43,662 nucleotides of DNA from an uncultured Candidatus Saccharibacteria bacterium (lineage in GTDB: Bacteria > Patescibacteriota > Minisyncoccia > UBA6257 > 1-14-0-10-44-23): positions 1 to 43,662 of the forward strand of contig CAZLKS010000003.1 of NCBI GenBank assembly GCA_964560145.1. Direction: 5' to 3'. A program made the position numbers and the translations under genes. Below are positions 31,068-39,984 of the stretch, in pieces. Below the pieces are notes generated by a model. The model was not told the origin of the DNA, searched no databases, and saw only the letters and a program-made list of their open reading frames with translations. Numbering within the stretch: position 1 is the stretch's first letter; the number at the start of each line of letters is the position of its first letter.

Positions 31068-32610
31068 GGGCGTAGGTAGAATCTACACGATGAGTGCGCC
31101 AGTTGCGGGCTGGAATAGGAAGCTTCCGCTTCCTTCCGTGCCTGAGATATTTGCGCTGTCTCTCGTGAACTGGATTCCCACAGCAACGGGCGTCAAAAAG
31201 CGCGGCGGCTCCGAGCGCATGACCGACACTGCATTCACAAGCGCGTGCGAGACGGTTCTTGGAATCAACCTGGAGGACGGAACCAGTCAGGTTATTGTGG
31301 CCGGGGATAACGACCTAATGACGGTCAATCTCACTACTCACGCCAGAACGAGCGTTAAGGGCGGATCTACAATCACTTCGAACAGGTGGCAGTTTACGCA
31401 GTTTTATGACCGTATTTTTGCTGCAAACGGCGCCGATCGGGTGCTCTCATATAATGGCGCGGGGAACTTTGCAGCGGCGGGATTTACTGTAAGCGCAGTT
31501 GCAGACGACAACATGTATTCGCCTTTTGTGTACCGTGAGAGGCTTTATTTCTGTAAGGGTACGAGCGTTTTCTATACTCAGAATGTTCGTGACATTACAG
31601 GTGCCCTTGATGAGTTCGATTTTGCGACTATCTTGACAAAGGGCGGCAGGCTTCTTTTCGGCATGAGCTCTACTTTCAACATTGGGGACCACAGCCAGGA
31701 GCTTTTTGTTGTTATCAGTTCCGAAGGTGAGGTAATTGCTTACGAAGGCTCGGACCCAGGCGATATATCATGGGATATTGTTGGTCATTTCTATCTACCG
31801 CGCAGCCCTAGCTATTCATCGTTTTTTGCGGCGGGCGCGGGTTTACAGATAATTACTGAGCAGGGCGTCATCTCACTTTCGGAAGTTATCAACCCTTCAG
31901 CCGATACTAGAAAAACTGGCCGTTATCTCGCAGCCACTTCGAACATCGACGATGCTTTTGCCTCTGCGATGAAAAACGCATTCTCCAACTATGGTTGGTG
32001 CGGCGTAAATCACACGCACGGGAACTTGCTGATTATCAATGTCCCAGTTTCTTCAAATCGCTCGATTCAGTTCGTTCAAAATACCCTTACGGAAGGAGCT
32101 TGGTGCTCTTTTGATGGATTGAATGCGGCTTCTTGGTTTGTAAGCGGCAATTATGCGTACTTTGGCGGGTTCGATGGGCATTTATACCGCTATGACTCTG
32201 TGCAGAATGACAATGTGTACGATGGATCTGAGGGTGATGGAATTAATTGCAGAGGCGAGACGGCTTTTACTTATGCGGGCGATCAGAACATTCTAAAAAT
32301 GTTCCATCAGGCGCTTCCGATCGTGTACACGACCGGCGATGCCACACTGAATATCGGCGTAAATGTCACTTTTGGGCGAAATGCGTCAGTATCGCCGGTT
32401 CAAATTTCAGGCACGGCAGGAGGCTTCTGGGATGATGCCGAATGGGATGTGGACGACTGGGCAGACAATGAATCCATCTTCCTTGAGTGGAAGTCGATTG
32501 AAGGTTCCGGGATTAATTGCAGCATTGTTTTTTCTGGAACTTTGAAGAGCGTAGACATGCTGATTCTTGGCTTCCTACTTCAGGTAGAAGACGGCGGGGT
32601 GATTTCATAG
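31060..32610 (+). CDS. tail tube/nozzle-like structural protein (516 aa), beta-propeller-like
   Basis: Position next to the fibre gene; repeated GG-x-DG-x-LY-type blades (GGFDGHLYRYD). Family not identified. Confidence 0.5.
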   Translation: MREGVGRIYTMSAPVAGWNRKLPLPSVPEIFALSLVNWIPTATGVKKRGGSERMTDTAFTSACETVLGINLEDGTSQVIVAGDNDLMTVNLTTHARTSVKGGSTITSNRWQFTQFYDRIFAANGADRVLSYNGAGNFAAAGFTVSAVADDNMYSPFVYRERLYFCKGTSVFYTQNVRDITGALDEFDFATILTKGGRLLFGMSSTFNIGDHSQELFVVISSEGEVIAYEGSDPGDISWDIVGHFYLPRSPSYSSFFAAGAGLQIITEQGVISLSEVINPSADTRKTGRYLAATSNIDDAFASAMKNAFSNYGWCGVNHTHGNLLIINVPVSSNRSIQFVQNTLTEGAWCSFDGLNAASWFVSGNYAYFGGFDGHLYRYDSVQNDNVYDGSEGDGINCRGETAFTYAGDQNILKMFHQALPIVYTTGDATLNIGVNVTFGRNASVSPVQISGTAGGFWDDAEWDVDDWADNESIFLEWKSIEGSGINCSIVFSGTLKSVDMLILGFLLQVEDGGVIS

Positions 32611-32620
32611 GGGGTGTAGT

Positions 32621-33637
32621 ATGGGCTGGAGCGGTGGAATTTTTTCAAGATCGTTTGATTGGGTGACGGACAAGCTTACCACACCTAAAATCTCGTCAAC
32701 GAGACACGACACGAATGATGAAGAGCTCGCAGACGGCATAAATGCCTGTCTTCCGGCAGATGGTTCTAAGGCCATGACCGGCGCGCTCAACATGAATTCG
32801 CACAAAGTAACGAACGTTACTGATGGTACGGATGCAGGGGATGCGGTGAATGTCGGGCAACTCCCGGCAGCGCTGGCGTCTGCGATAGCAGCGCTTGCGG
32901 CGCTCTCGAATGACATTGACATGAATTCCCACAAGTTCACTGAGCTCTCAAACGGCTCAGCTAGAACTGACTCAATCTCACTGGGACAAGTGCAAGACGG
33001 GGCGGTAGTGTGGGCAGGCACCACGACTGGAAGCGCAAACGCTCAAGCTGGGACGGTGAGCCCTACTTTCTCAGCTTACGCGACGGGACAACGATTTGTA
33101 TTCAAGGCTGGATACTCGAACACTGGAAGCTTGACTCTTGACTTTAACGGCAAGGGCGCAATCACGGTCTATAAGGACGTAAACGGCCTTCGTGCGGTAC
33201 TTGGAACTTCGGACATTATCGCAAACGGTATTTATGAAGTGGTGTACGACGCTACTCCGAGCGCGCAGTTTGTACTTCAAACTAGCAAGCCGGGGTGGGG
33301 AAATTTTACTCATAGTTTTGCGCCTAATGCAGGCTCTTGGTCTTCTCTGGTAGCAGACTTTAAGTGCGCGAAGAACGGGCAAGTCATGCACGTCAATTTC
33401 ACCTCTTCGGGCAATCAGCTTACAACGCCTGCCAATTCTTACACATTTTCGCTACCTACGGCGCTTGCCATAGCCTTAAGCGGATTGAATGTCCCGGTGT
33501 ACATATCTCAGGGAGGGACATACGAGATTGGCATGATGGCACTGGGATCTTCTACCGCAACTATAGGCCGTACTTCAGGCACATTTGCGACAGGTTTAGT
33601 CGTCATCAGTGGATCGTTTTCGTACTTTACGGATTAG
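32621..33637 (+). CDS. tail fibre protein
   Basis: N-terminal fibre motif FDWVTD..ISSTRHDTNDEELADGINACLPADGSKAMTGALNMNSHKVTNVTDGTDAGDAVNVGQL with a second NMNSHKFTELSNG..DSISLGQV repeat. Confidence 0.7.
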   Translation: MGWSGGIFSRSFDWVTDKLTTPKISSTRHDTNDEELADGINACLPADGSKAMTGALNMNSHKVTNVTDGTDAGDAVNVGQLPAALASAIAALAALSNDIDMNSHKFTELSNGSARTDSISLGQVQDGAVVWAGTTTGSANAQAGTVSPTFSAYATGQRFVFKAGYSNTGSLTLDFNGKGAITVYKDVNGLRAVLGTSDIIANGIYEVVYDATPSAQFVLQTSKPGWGNFTHSFAPNAGSWSSLVADFKCAKNGQVMHVNFTSSGNQLTTPANSYTFSLPTALAIALSGLNVPVYISQGGTYEIGMMALGSSTATIGRTSGTFATGLVVISGSFSYFTD

Positions 33638-33645
33638 GAGCAGTC

Positions 33646-34023
33646 ATGTTTTCACGATTTGGACCTCAACCGTTTGCGCCGATGCGGCAACTTCCCTTTC
33701 AGATGTCCCCTGGACAGGCGGGGCAGCTTATAGGCGGCGCGCCTCAGGGCATGCCACTTCAGCCTCCTCCGCAAGGGATAGCTCAGCAGCAATTGTTCCA
33801 GAAACAGGGCATGGGGCCGATGCCTCAGGGGCCAGGAATGGCGCAAGGAATGGCACAAGCGATGGGCGGCGGTGCAGCGCCGATACGCGCGGGGGGCTAT
33901 AATGCACAGGGAGCAGCACCGGGAATGATGAAGCGCATGGGTGGAGCTTCGGGAGCTCCGGGGCCTCTATCGTCGGCGGCTCCGAATATGGCTTTTGCAA
34001 GACAGTACGCAAGGAGGGGTTAA
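33646..34023 (+). CDS. low-complexity Q/G/P/M-rich protein (125 aa)
   Basis: ATG 33646 after AGGAG. The longer track ORF (from 33364) would overlap the fibre gene. Confidence 0.45.
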   Translation: MFSRFGPQPFAPMRQLPFQMSPGQAGQLIGGAPQGMPLQPPPQGIAQQQLFQKQGMGPMPQGPGMAQGMAQAMGGGAAPIRAGGYNAQGAAPGMMKRMGGASGAPGPLSSAAPNMAFARQYARRG

Positions 34024-34026
34024 GAC

Positions 34027-35232
34027 ATGGCACTCACAGAAGCACCGCGAAGAGTAGGGGCGGGGCAGTACAAGTTCAAAGGGCAGATTATCAGCGCGCC
34101 TTCAAAAGAAGCAGCCTTAAAGGCGGCCGGGGGACCTCTTACGCGCTCTCCCAGAAGGTCACGTCAACCGGCGCCGCAAGGGCAAAATGGCTTTGACTTC
34201 TCTTCTCCTGAGCAGGCGGCAAAAACAGGGCAAACTATCACACGTGAGCAGGCTGATATGGCCTCTCAGTACAATCGGCCGAACGAAGTAGGGGCCTTTG
34301 GGGGCTCTCAGGAGTGGTCAAAAGATCCGAATACCGGGCAGTGGACGAAGAAAACGCTTCTTAGCGACAACGCGCAGCAGCAGATGGGCCTTGAGGACCA
34401 ATTCTCTACCGGCGCTCGGAAGGCAGGTGTGGCCGCATCGAACGAGGCTTTTGGGCGCTATCAGCAGCCGTACAACTACAACGGGGTGTCTCAAGTCATG
34501 GGTGGGCAAGAGCTCGGCGCGGCCCGCAACAAGGCGGCTTCAAGCGCGTATGAAGCTCAAATGGGCCTATTACGTCCTGAATTTGAACAGCAGCAAAAGC
34601 AGTTTGAAGCTCAAGCTGCGAACAAAGGATGGGTACCCGGCTCCAAGGTTTATGAGCAGGAGAAAACGAGGCTCGCGAATCAACAGGCGGCGCAACAGCG
34701 CTCTATCGCCGATCAGGCATACGGGCAGGGCTTAAACGAGTACAACACGATGTTTAACACATCGACGCAGGACCGATCGCGCCAGATCGCAGAGATGAAT
34801 CAGATGCGAGACAGGCCGATGCAGGAGGCTTCTACTCTCATGGGCGCAGGGCCAGGAGTACGTCAGGACCAGTTCACCGATTACGGCCCGATTCAGATGG
34901 AGAGTGTGGACCCTTCGAAGTTCTATCAAATCGGGATGCAGGGCAATCTTCAGAACGATCAGCAAGCATGGCAAGGGCGGCAAAACGCGCTCGATAGAAA
35001 TAATCAAATGGCGATGACGCGCTTAGGGAAGGGCGGCGGGCTCTCGCCTCAGCAAGAGATGCAGATGGCTCGCGATCAGATGATGTGGGAGCAGCAGAAC
35101 GGCTTTAGAGCGAACTACAATAAGAGGACTAGCGCAAGCCCTGGAGCTCAAATTGCGGGTTCTATCGGGGCTGGAGTAGGGCAGGGTGTTGGGGCTGGAT
35201 TAGGCCAGGCAGCGGCTGATTGGTGGAGCTAA
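34027..35232 (+). CDS. Q-rich internal virion/ejection protein candidate (401 aa)
   Basis: ORF track; position upstream of the large SLT-bearing protein. Confidence 0.5.
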   Translation: MALTEAPRRVGAGQYKFKGQIISAPSKEAALKAAGGPLTRSPRRSRQPAPQGQNGFDFSSPEQAAKTGQTITREQADMASQYNRPNEVGAFGGSQEWSKDPNTGQWTKKTLLSDNAQQQMGLEDQFSTGARKAGVAASNEAFGRYQQPYNYNGVSQVMGGQELGAARNKAASSAYEAQMGLLRPEFEQQQKQFEAQAANKGWVPGSKVYEQEKTRLANQQAAQQRSIADQAYGQGLNEYNTMFNTSTQDRSRQIAEMNQMRDRPMQEASTLMGAGPGVRQDQFTDYGPIQMESVDPSKFYQIGMQGNLQNDQQAWQGRQNALDRNNQMAMTRLGKGGGLSPQQEMQMARDQMMWEQQNGFRANYNKRTSASPGAQIAGSIGAGVGQGVGAGLGQAAADWWS

Positions 35233-35236
35233 GAAC

Positions 35237-36613
35237 ATGGCAAGCGAGTATCAAATCATTTCTGACATCCTAGGAAACAACTACAAAGAGGACTTACAGA
35301 CCTCTCCGTGGTTACAAGCTTCACAGGCGATGGGGCAGATGCCCGCTATTCAGCCGGGGCAGAAGTGGTATGAGGCGCTTGCTCAGGGGCTCGCCTTCGG
35401 AGGTGTTCAAGGTGGTTTAAGAGGCGCAGGACTTGAGCTCGCAAGACAGGAGAAGCAGCAAAACGCGCAAGATACTCTCGGTTTTCTTGGAGCTCTTCAA
35501 AGTGGTGATACTGCAAAAATGGCAGAGCTTGAGAAGAAAAGCAGGTTCATGCCTGAATTGTCTTCTCAATTAAAACTCGCTCAAGCCGTGGAGAATGTCA
35601 CTAATTCAGTCTCCGGTAAGAATGTTTCTCAAGCCATGGCTGACGGCATGGCGTCAAGCATTGAGTGGATGGACGAAGCTGACAAAGCGAATTTAAAAGC
35701 TCAGCTTGTAGGGCAGCCGCTTGCGTGGGCTCAACAGATGGTAGGGATGATCCGCGCAAATCACAACATGGACCCGGAAGTCAGAAGGGACCAAGCCGCA
35801 GCGACAGCGGGCGGTAGATTAAGTGGGACAGAAGACTTCTCCGTCCAGAGCGGTGTAATTACGCCTAAAGCCGATGAGGCTCTTAAGCAGATACTCCCTA
35901 GCATCAAGACCAACGATCTCTATAAGAACTACAACAAACTTTCTACCTACACAGCGCAAGTAAGAAAGTTTGTCGAGCAAGATCATCCCCTCGCAGACTA
36001 CGCAGCGATTGTGTCTTTTGTTAAGGGCATTGATCCGGCAACCGCAGCAAGAGAGGGCGAAGTAGAAGCCGCGACCTCAGCACGAAGCATGATAAATAAC
36101 ATTCTCGGTAAGATTCAGAAGCAGGGCAATGCTTCGACTCTTACGGCGGCTGACAAGAAAGCTCTCCTCACGGCGATGGATACTCTTGAAAAGACTACGG
36201 GCCGTGGCTTGTACGAAAAAGTCATTTATCCCGAAATTGGAAACCTAATTACTCGCGGCGGCATAGATGCGTTCTCGGCGTTTAATTTTGCCGTGCCGAA
36301 AGAGTATCAGGATTACCACAACAGCTTCGTCAATTCCGGCCTCAAGGCGCTTGATTTGATGCAGCGCGGCGATAAGGAGGGTTTGATAGGTCTTCGCGGG
36401 GAGGTGCTTGACCGCGCGCGCACACTTCCAAGTCTCTCAGGATTTGGGGGCGGGGGCGCGACAGTGACCGGCAATCCCGATGAAAGAGCAAGTGTGACCG
36501 TATTAGGGAAGCAATATGTAGCTACTAAAGCTCAGATAGCCGCGATTAGGGGGAAAGCAAGGACTCAACAGGAAGCTCAAGCAATGTTGGAGCAATTGAC
36601 AAATGGCAGATGA
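35237..36613 (+). CDS. internal virion protein candidate (458 aa)
   Basis: ORF track; helical; overlaps the next gene by 11 nt. Confidence 0.55.
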   Translation: MASEYQIISDILGNNYKEDLQTSPWLQASQAMGQMPAIQPGQKWYEALAQGLAFGGVQGGLRGAGLELARQEKQQNAQDTLGFLGALQSGDTAKMAELEKKSRFMPELSSQLKLAQAVENVTNSVSGKNVSQAMADGMASSIEWMDEADKANLKAQLVGQPLAWAQQMVGMIRANHNMDPEVRRDQAAATAGGRLSGTEDFSVQSGVITPKADEALKQILPSIKTNDLYKNYNKLSTYTAQVRKFVEQDHPLADYAAIVSFVKGIDPATAAREGEVEAATSARSMINNILGKIQKQGNASTLTAADKKALLTAMDTLEKTTGRGLYEKVIYPEIGNLITRGGIDAFSAFNFAVPKEYQDYHNSFVNSGLKALDLMQRGDKEGLIGLRGEVLDRARTLPSLSGFGGGGATVTGNPDERASVTVLGKQYVATKAQIAAIRGKARTQQEAQAMLEQLTNGR

Positions 36614-39161
36614 GTACAGCTTTGACGATCTTCCAGATGAAGGGGAGTTAGATCTTCCGAGTGCCTCCTTTTATCCGGGCATGGCGAATACTGCCGCTAT
36701 TACAGGCCCAATAGCTGAGGGCGGTATTCGCGGTATTTCTGCTATCCCCGATCTGGGAGTAATGGGATTTAACGCACTGAGAAGGAACACGACTCCCGCG
36801 TCTCTTTCGGTTACGAGCCCAGGGCTTGCAATGGCTTCAATGCTTGCTGAAGCCATAATGGGGAAAAAAGACATACCGACGATCGGCGATACGGCGGCTG
36901 AGCTCGCGTACCCGGCAGAGATGAAAGCTCGCGTAAAAGCTGAAGCTTCACCGTGGGCCAGGGCTACCGGTGATGTGCTCGGTACAGGCGAAGAGTTCGT
37001 AAGCTCTCTTGGGCCTTTTGGGAAGATAAAAAGCGGCGCAACTTGGCTTGCCAATAACATGCCCGCAGCAAAGATGTTGGCGCTTGGACTAACCGCAGGG
37101 CTTACGGGCGAAGGTGCGTATCAGGCGACGGGAGAAGAAAAATCAAGAGACATAGCGAAGCTGATTGTGGCTGGAGTTCCGGCAGTAGCTCAAGCCGCGC
37201 GCTTAGCGACTCGCATTCCTAAGGTGGGACCGTTCCTTCGTGAGCAGTTAGTAGATAAGCCCCTATCTTGGTTTGCGGGGCTGAAGGAAGGAAACGGAGA
37301 GGTTCAGCGTCTCATTAAAGGCACGCCTGAAGCTCTTGCAAAAGAGCAGATCGCTAGGGCTGATAACGCTCTTGGTGGCACTCCCACAGATATTGAAGGG
37401 GCTCGCTTCAGGCTGATGCATGAAGCAAATGACGTTGCTGGAACGCCTGAAACTAAGCTTGCGCTGAGCGCTCTTCCTGAGATGGAAGCTCGAACGCTAG
37501 AGGGCGAACTTGCGGCGAAGATGACCAAAAACTCCACAGACTATGCGACGGGGAAAAAGGCGATAACTGAACTTGAGAAGGTTCAGAAGGCTGAAGCTAC
37601 GGCAGTAGATGAGATGTTTAACAATCTCGATCTAGAAGCTCCATACACGCCAGGCGATACAGAAAAGAAGGCGCTCAAACAAATTGCAAAAGACATTCGT
37701 CTTGCCGCTCGCTCAAACGTAAATCGTGAAGTGGGCTTGAGTAGTAGGGCGCCTGCAATTCTTAGGAATCTTGCTTCAGGCAAAGGGATTTACGGCAAAA
37801 AAGCAGCAACTCTTGGCGACATTAAAACTCTAAAGCAGAGCTTAGAAGACTTAGCGACAAACGTCGATGCTTCTCATCAAAATACCGTCAAAGACGCGCT
37901 TAAGCGCGTGCGTCAGCTTGCGCCGAAAGAGATGCAGGATGCTTGGTCTGCTTACAAATCTCAGATGAGCGCTTACGATCCTTCGCGCCTCAGCGGGAAA
38001 ATTCTCGAAGCAGTTGAAGGGCAGACGAAAAATGCGCGTGTTCCTACTTCTGGTAAGCTTCTTAAAAACTCTCCTGAGAAGGTCACAGAACTTATTCGTG
38101 GGGCAGGAGTAGAGGACTTTACAGATGTTGCCTCAAATATTGGAAACAGCAAGGCGCGCTTAGTTTTCCGAAAGGCCCTAGCCTCCGATCTCAACAGAGA
38201 CTTGGCTGATGTGGCTAAGGGAGCTCCGAAAGGGGTAGGGGAAGGGGCGATTAAGCGCGTCTTACAGCGCTTTGAGGACCGGAAAGACCTCTACCGTCAG
38301 GTGTACGGCTCGGATTACGACCTCATTGTAGAGAGAGTTAAGAAGGCTAAGACCATTCAGGATGCGCGCGATGTGGCGCATACGCTTGATGCGCTTCACT
38401 TCCAGCCTCTTAAAGGCCTTCGCATCCCGATGCAGGATACGGGTGTACGCTTCGGAGATCCCACACACCTCTTCCCCGTGTACGGCTACGGAAAGCCGCA
38501 AAAGGTGTTCCAATGGCTCTACGGGGATAAGGAGCGGGAGGCTAATCGTCTCATGTACAACGCCCTTTCGGGCAAGTACGGCCTGCCACAGGTAAACAAG
38601 TCTGCGATTACCTCAGCGGGTGAGATTGCCGGGAACCTATCTAGGAAGGCGCCGGAAGCGGCGCAGCTACTCAGTAGGATAATGGGCTCTACGGAGGATA
38701 TTCCAGCTCCAACGATACCGCAGGAAGACTTTTTCGACCTACCGGACGAATCAAAAAAAAAAGGTGACGAAATGAGTTCACTTCTAGGCTACGACCAGGA
38801 CAAGCTTCTTGACGCCGTTAAGAAAGTTGAGACGGGCGGGATTAAAGACCCTCAAAAAGCTGTCTCAAAGGCAGGCGCGCGCGGCCCGTTCCAGTTCATG
38901 CCGAAGATGGCAAAGGCCTTTGGGGTGAATCTGGATGACGGCTCGGAGGTTGATGACAGGCAGGGAGCGGCAGCGCTTCTTGGTGATGAGTTTAAGGCGC
39001 TTAAAGACCCGAAGCTAGCTATTGCGGCGTATAACGCAGGGCGGCCGAAGGTACTGAAAGCCATAGAGCAGGCGGGTTCTCGTGACTGGGAGGAGGTGAA
39101 GAAATTCCTTCCGGCCGAAACTCAAGCCTACGTACCAGCGGTTTTGAAAAATATAGGCTAA
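36603..39161 (+). CDS. large internal virion protein with a C-terminal lytic transglycosylase (SLT) domain
   Basis: VETGGIKDP..SKAGARGPFQFMP..AIAAYNAGRPKV in the last ~125 aa. Architecture is comparable to T7 gp16 / phiKMV gp36-type proteins. Confidence 0.8.
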   Translation: MADEYSFDDLPDEGELDLPSASFYPGMANTAAITGPIAEGGIRGISAIPDLGVMGFNALRRNTTPASLSVTSPGLAMASMLAEAIMGKKDIPTIGDTAAELAYPAEMKARVKAEASPWARATGDVLGTGEEFVSSLGPFGKIKSGATWLANNMPAAKMLALGLTAGLTGEGAYQATGEEKSRDIAKLIVAGVPAVAQAARLATRIPKVGPFLREQLVDKPLSWFAGLKEGNGEVQRLIKGTPEALAKEQIARADNALGGTPTDIEGARFRLMHEANDVAGTPETKLALSALPEMEARTLEGELAAKMTKNSTDYATGKKAITELEKVQKAEATAVDEMFNNLDLEAPYTPGDTEKKALKQIAKDIRLAARSNVNREVGLSSRAPAILRNLASGKGIYGKKAATLGDIKTLKQSLEDLATNVDASHQNTVKDALKRVRQLAPKEMQDAWSAYKSQMSAYDPSRLSGKILEAVEGQTKNARVPTSGKLLKNSPEKVTELIRGAGVEDFTDVASNIGNSKARLVFRKALASDLNRDLADVAKGAPKGVGEGAIKRVLQRFEDRKDLYRQVYGSDYDLIVERVKKAKTIQDARDVAHTLDALHFQPLKGLRIPMQDTGVRFGDPTHLFPVYGYGKPQKVFQWLYGDKEREANRLMYNALSGKYGLPQVNKSAITSAGEIAGNLSRKAPEAAQLLSRIMGSTEDIPAPTIPQEDFFDLPDESKKKGDEMSSLLGYDQDKLLDAVKKVETGGIKDPQKAVSKAGARGPFQFMPKMAKAFGVNLDDGSEVDDRQGAAALLGDEFKALKDPKLAIAAYNAGRPKVLKAIEQAGSRDWEEVKKFLPAETQAYVPAVLKNIG
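38772..39161 (+). CDS. possible nested in-frame product: free SLT-domain muralytic enzyme (129 aa)
   Basis: AAGGTGA, 4 nt, then ATG 38772 immediately after the A10 tract. It would supply the otherwise missing endolysin. Confidence 0.3.
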   Translation: MSSLLGYDQDKLLDAVKKVETGGIKDPQKAVSKAGARGPFQFMPKMAKAFGVNLDDGSEVDDRQGAAALLGDEFKALKDPKLAIAAYNAGRPKVLKAIEQAGSRDWEEVKKFLPAETQAYVPAVLKNIG

Positions 39162-39162
39162 G

Positions 39163-39282
39163 ATGGACAGAGAAGAATTTGAAGAGAAGGTGAGGGAAAG
39201 CGCCCCTAAAAATGTAGTTTTTTGGATCGATTTTACTTGGGTTTTTAAATGGCTATGGAGGAAGTATGTTGACCGCAGTTAA
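39163..39282 (+). CDS. possible 39-aa Trp-rich hydrophobic peptide
   Basis: TAAgATG after the SLT gene. MDREEFEEKVRESAPKNVVFWIDFTWVFKWLWRKYVDRS. Weak SD; below the ORF-track size cut-off. Confidence 0.2.
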   Translation: MDREEFEEKVRESAPKNVVFWIDFTWVFKWLWRKYVDRS

Positions 39283-39505
39283 AGGTTATCTATTCAAAAA
39301 AGCAGTAGGCCTCTACCTCAAGACGAATGGGTGGAAGACAGTCATCGGTTTTATTGTGGCTAAACTAACAGCCATCGTTGCAGCCAGGTACCCCAATGTA
39401 CCGCAGGAAGCTCTCGTAGAAATCCTGAACTTTGTGGGTGATATGCTTCTCACGCTCGGAGTTTTTGACCGTATTCGTAAGAATCTTATTGAGGCAAAGG
39501 AGTAA
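39266..39505 (+). CDS. holin-like small membrane protein (79 aa, two hydrophobic segments)
   Basis: GGAGG, 4 nt, then ATG. VIGFIVAKLTAIVAA and ILNFVGDMLLTLGVF. Lies next to the muralytic domain. Confidence 0.45.
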   Translation: MLTAVKGYLFKKAVGLYLKTNGWKTVIGFIVAKLTAIVAARYPNVPQEALVEILNFVGDMLLTLGVFDRIRKNLIEAKE

Positions 39506-39511
39506 AAAGCC

Positions 39512-39919
39512 ATGGCGAACACACGAACAACTATTGGAACTATGAGCGGGGTTATGCCTGCCGATCAGGATTTATCGGGGATTCCGCAGCCGGTAACAGT
39601 TACCTGCTACCGCTTAGACTTCGACACCCCGGCCACGGACTTGACTGTCCACACTCCTGCGTCGAATCGCTACGCAGAGATTGTAGGGTGGCAGCATTGT
39701 GAATCAGCAGCTCATAACGTGACGTTAATGTCCGGCACTTCGGGAGAGGGACAAAAGGATCTTGTGACCCTAGAGTTTGGGGTAAACGCAATCCTATCAA
39801 GCCCTCTCAATTCGAACGCACTCATTGTAGCTGAACTTGGAAAAAGTATCGTAGCTAAAGTATCAGCGGCATGTCAGATGCTTGTCTATGTAATTGAGGT
39901 AGTAAAAGTTAGGTTATGA
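39512..39919 (+). CDS. hypothetical beta-rich protein (135 aa), paralogue of 26688..27116
   Basis: TVHTPASNRY..., C-terminal VSAACQMLVYVIEV. Confidence 0.5.
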   Translation: MANTRTTIGTMSGVMPADQDLSGIPQPVTVTCYRLDFDTPATDLTVHTPASNRYAEIVGWQHCESAAHNVTLMSGTSGEGQKDLVTLEFGVNAILSSPLNSNALIVAELGKSIVAKVSAACQMLVYVIEVVKVRL

Positions 39920-39984
39920 AAAAACGTTCAGCGCGACATAAGATATGTCATTTAGATTTTGAGAAATAAGAGAGGAACAGGACA

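Noticed and set aside
33364-33645. The 5' 94 codons of track ORF 33364..34023
   Set aside because: This stretch lies entirely within the 3' end of the tail fibre gene in another frame. A good AGGAG-ATG at 33646 sits just after the fibre stop, so the start was moved.
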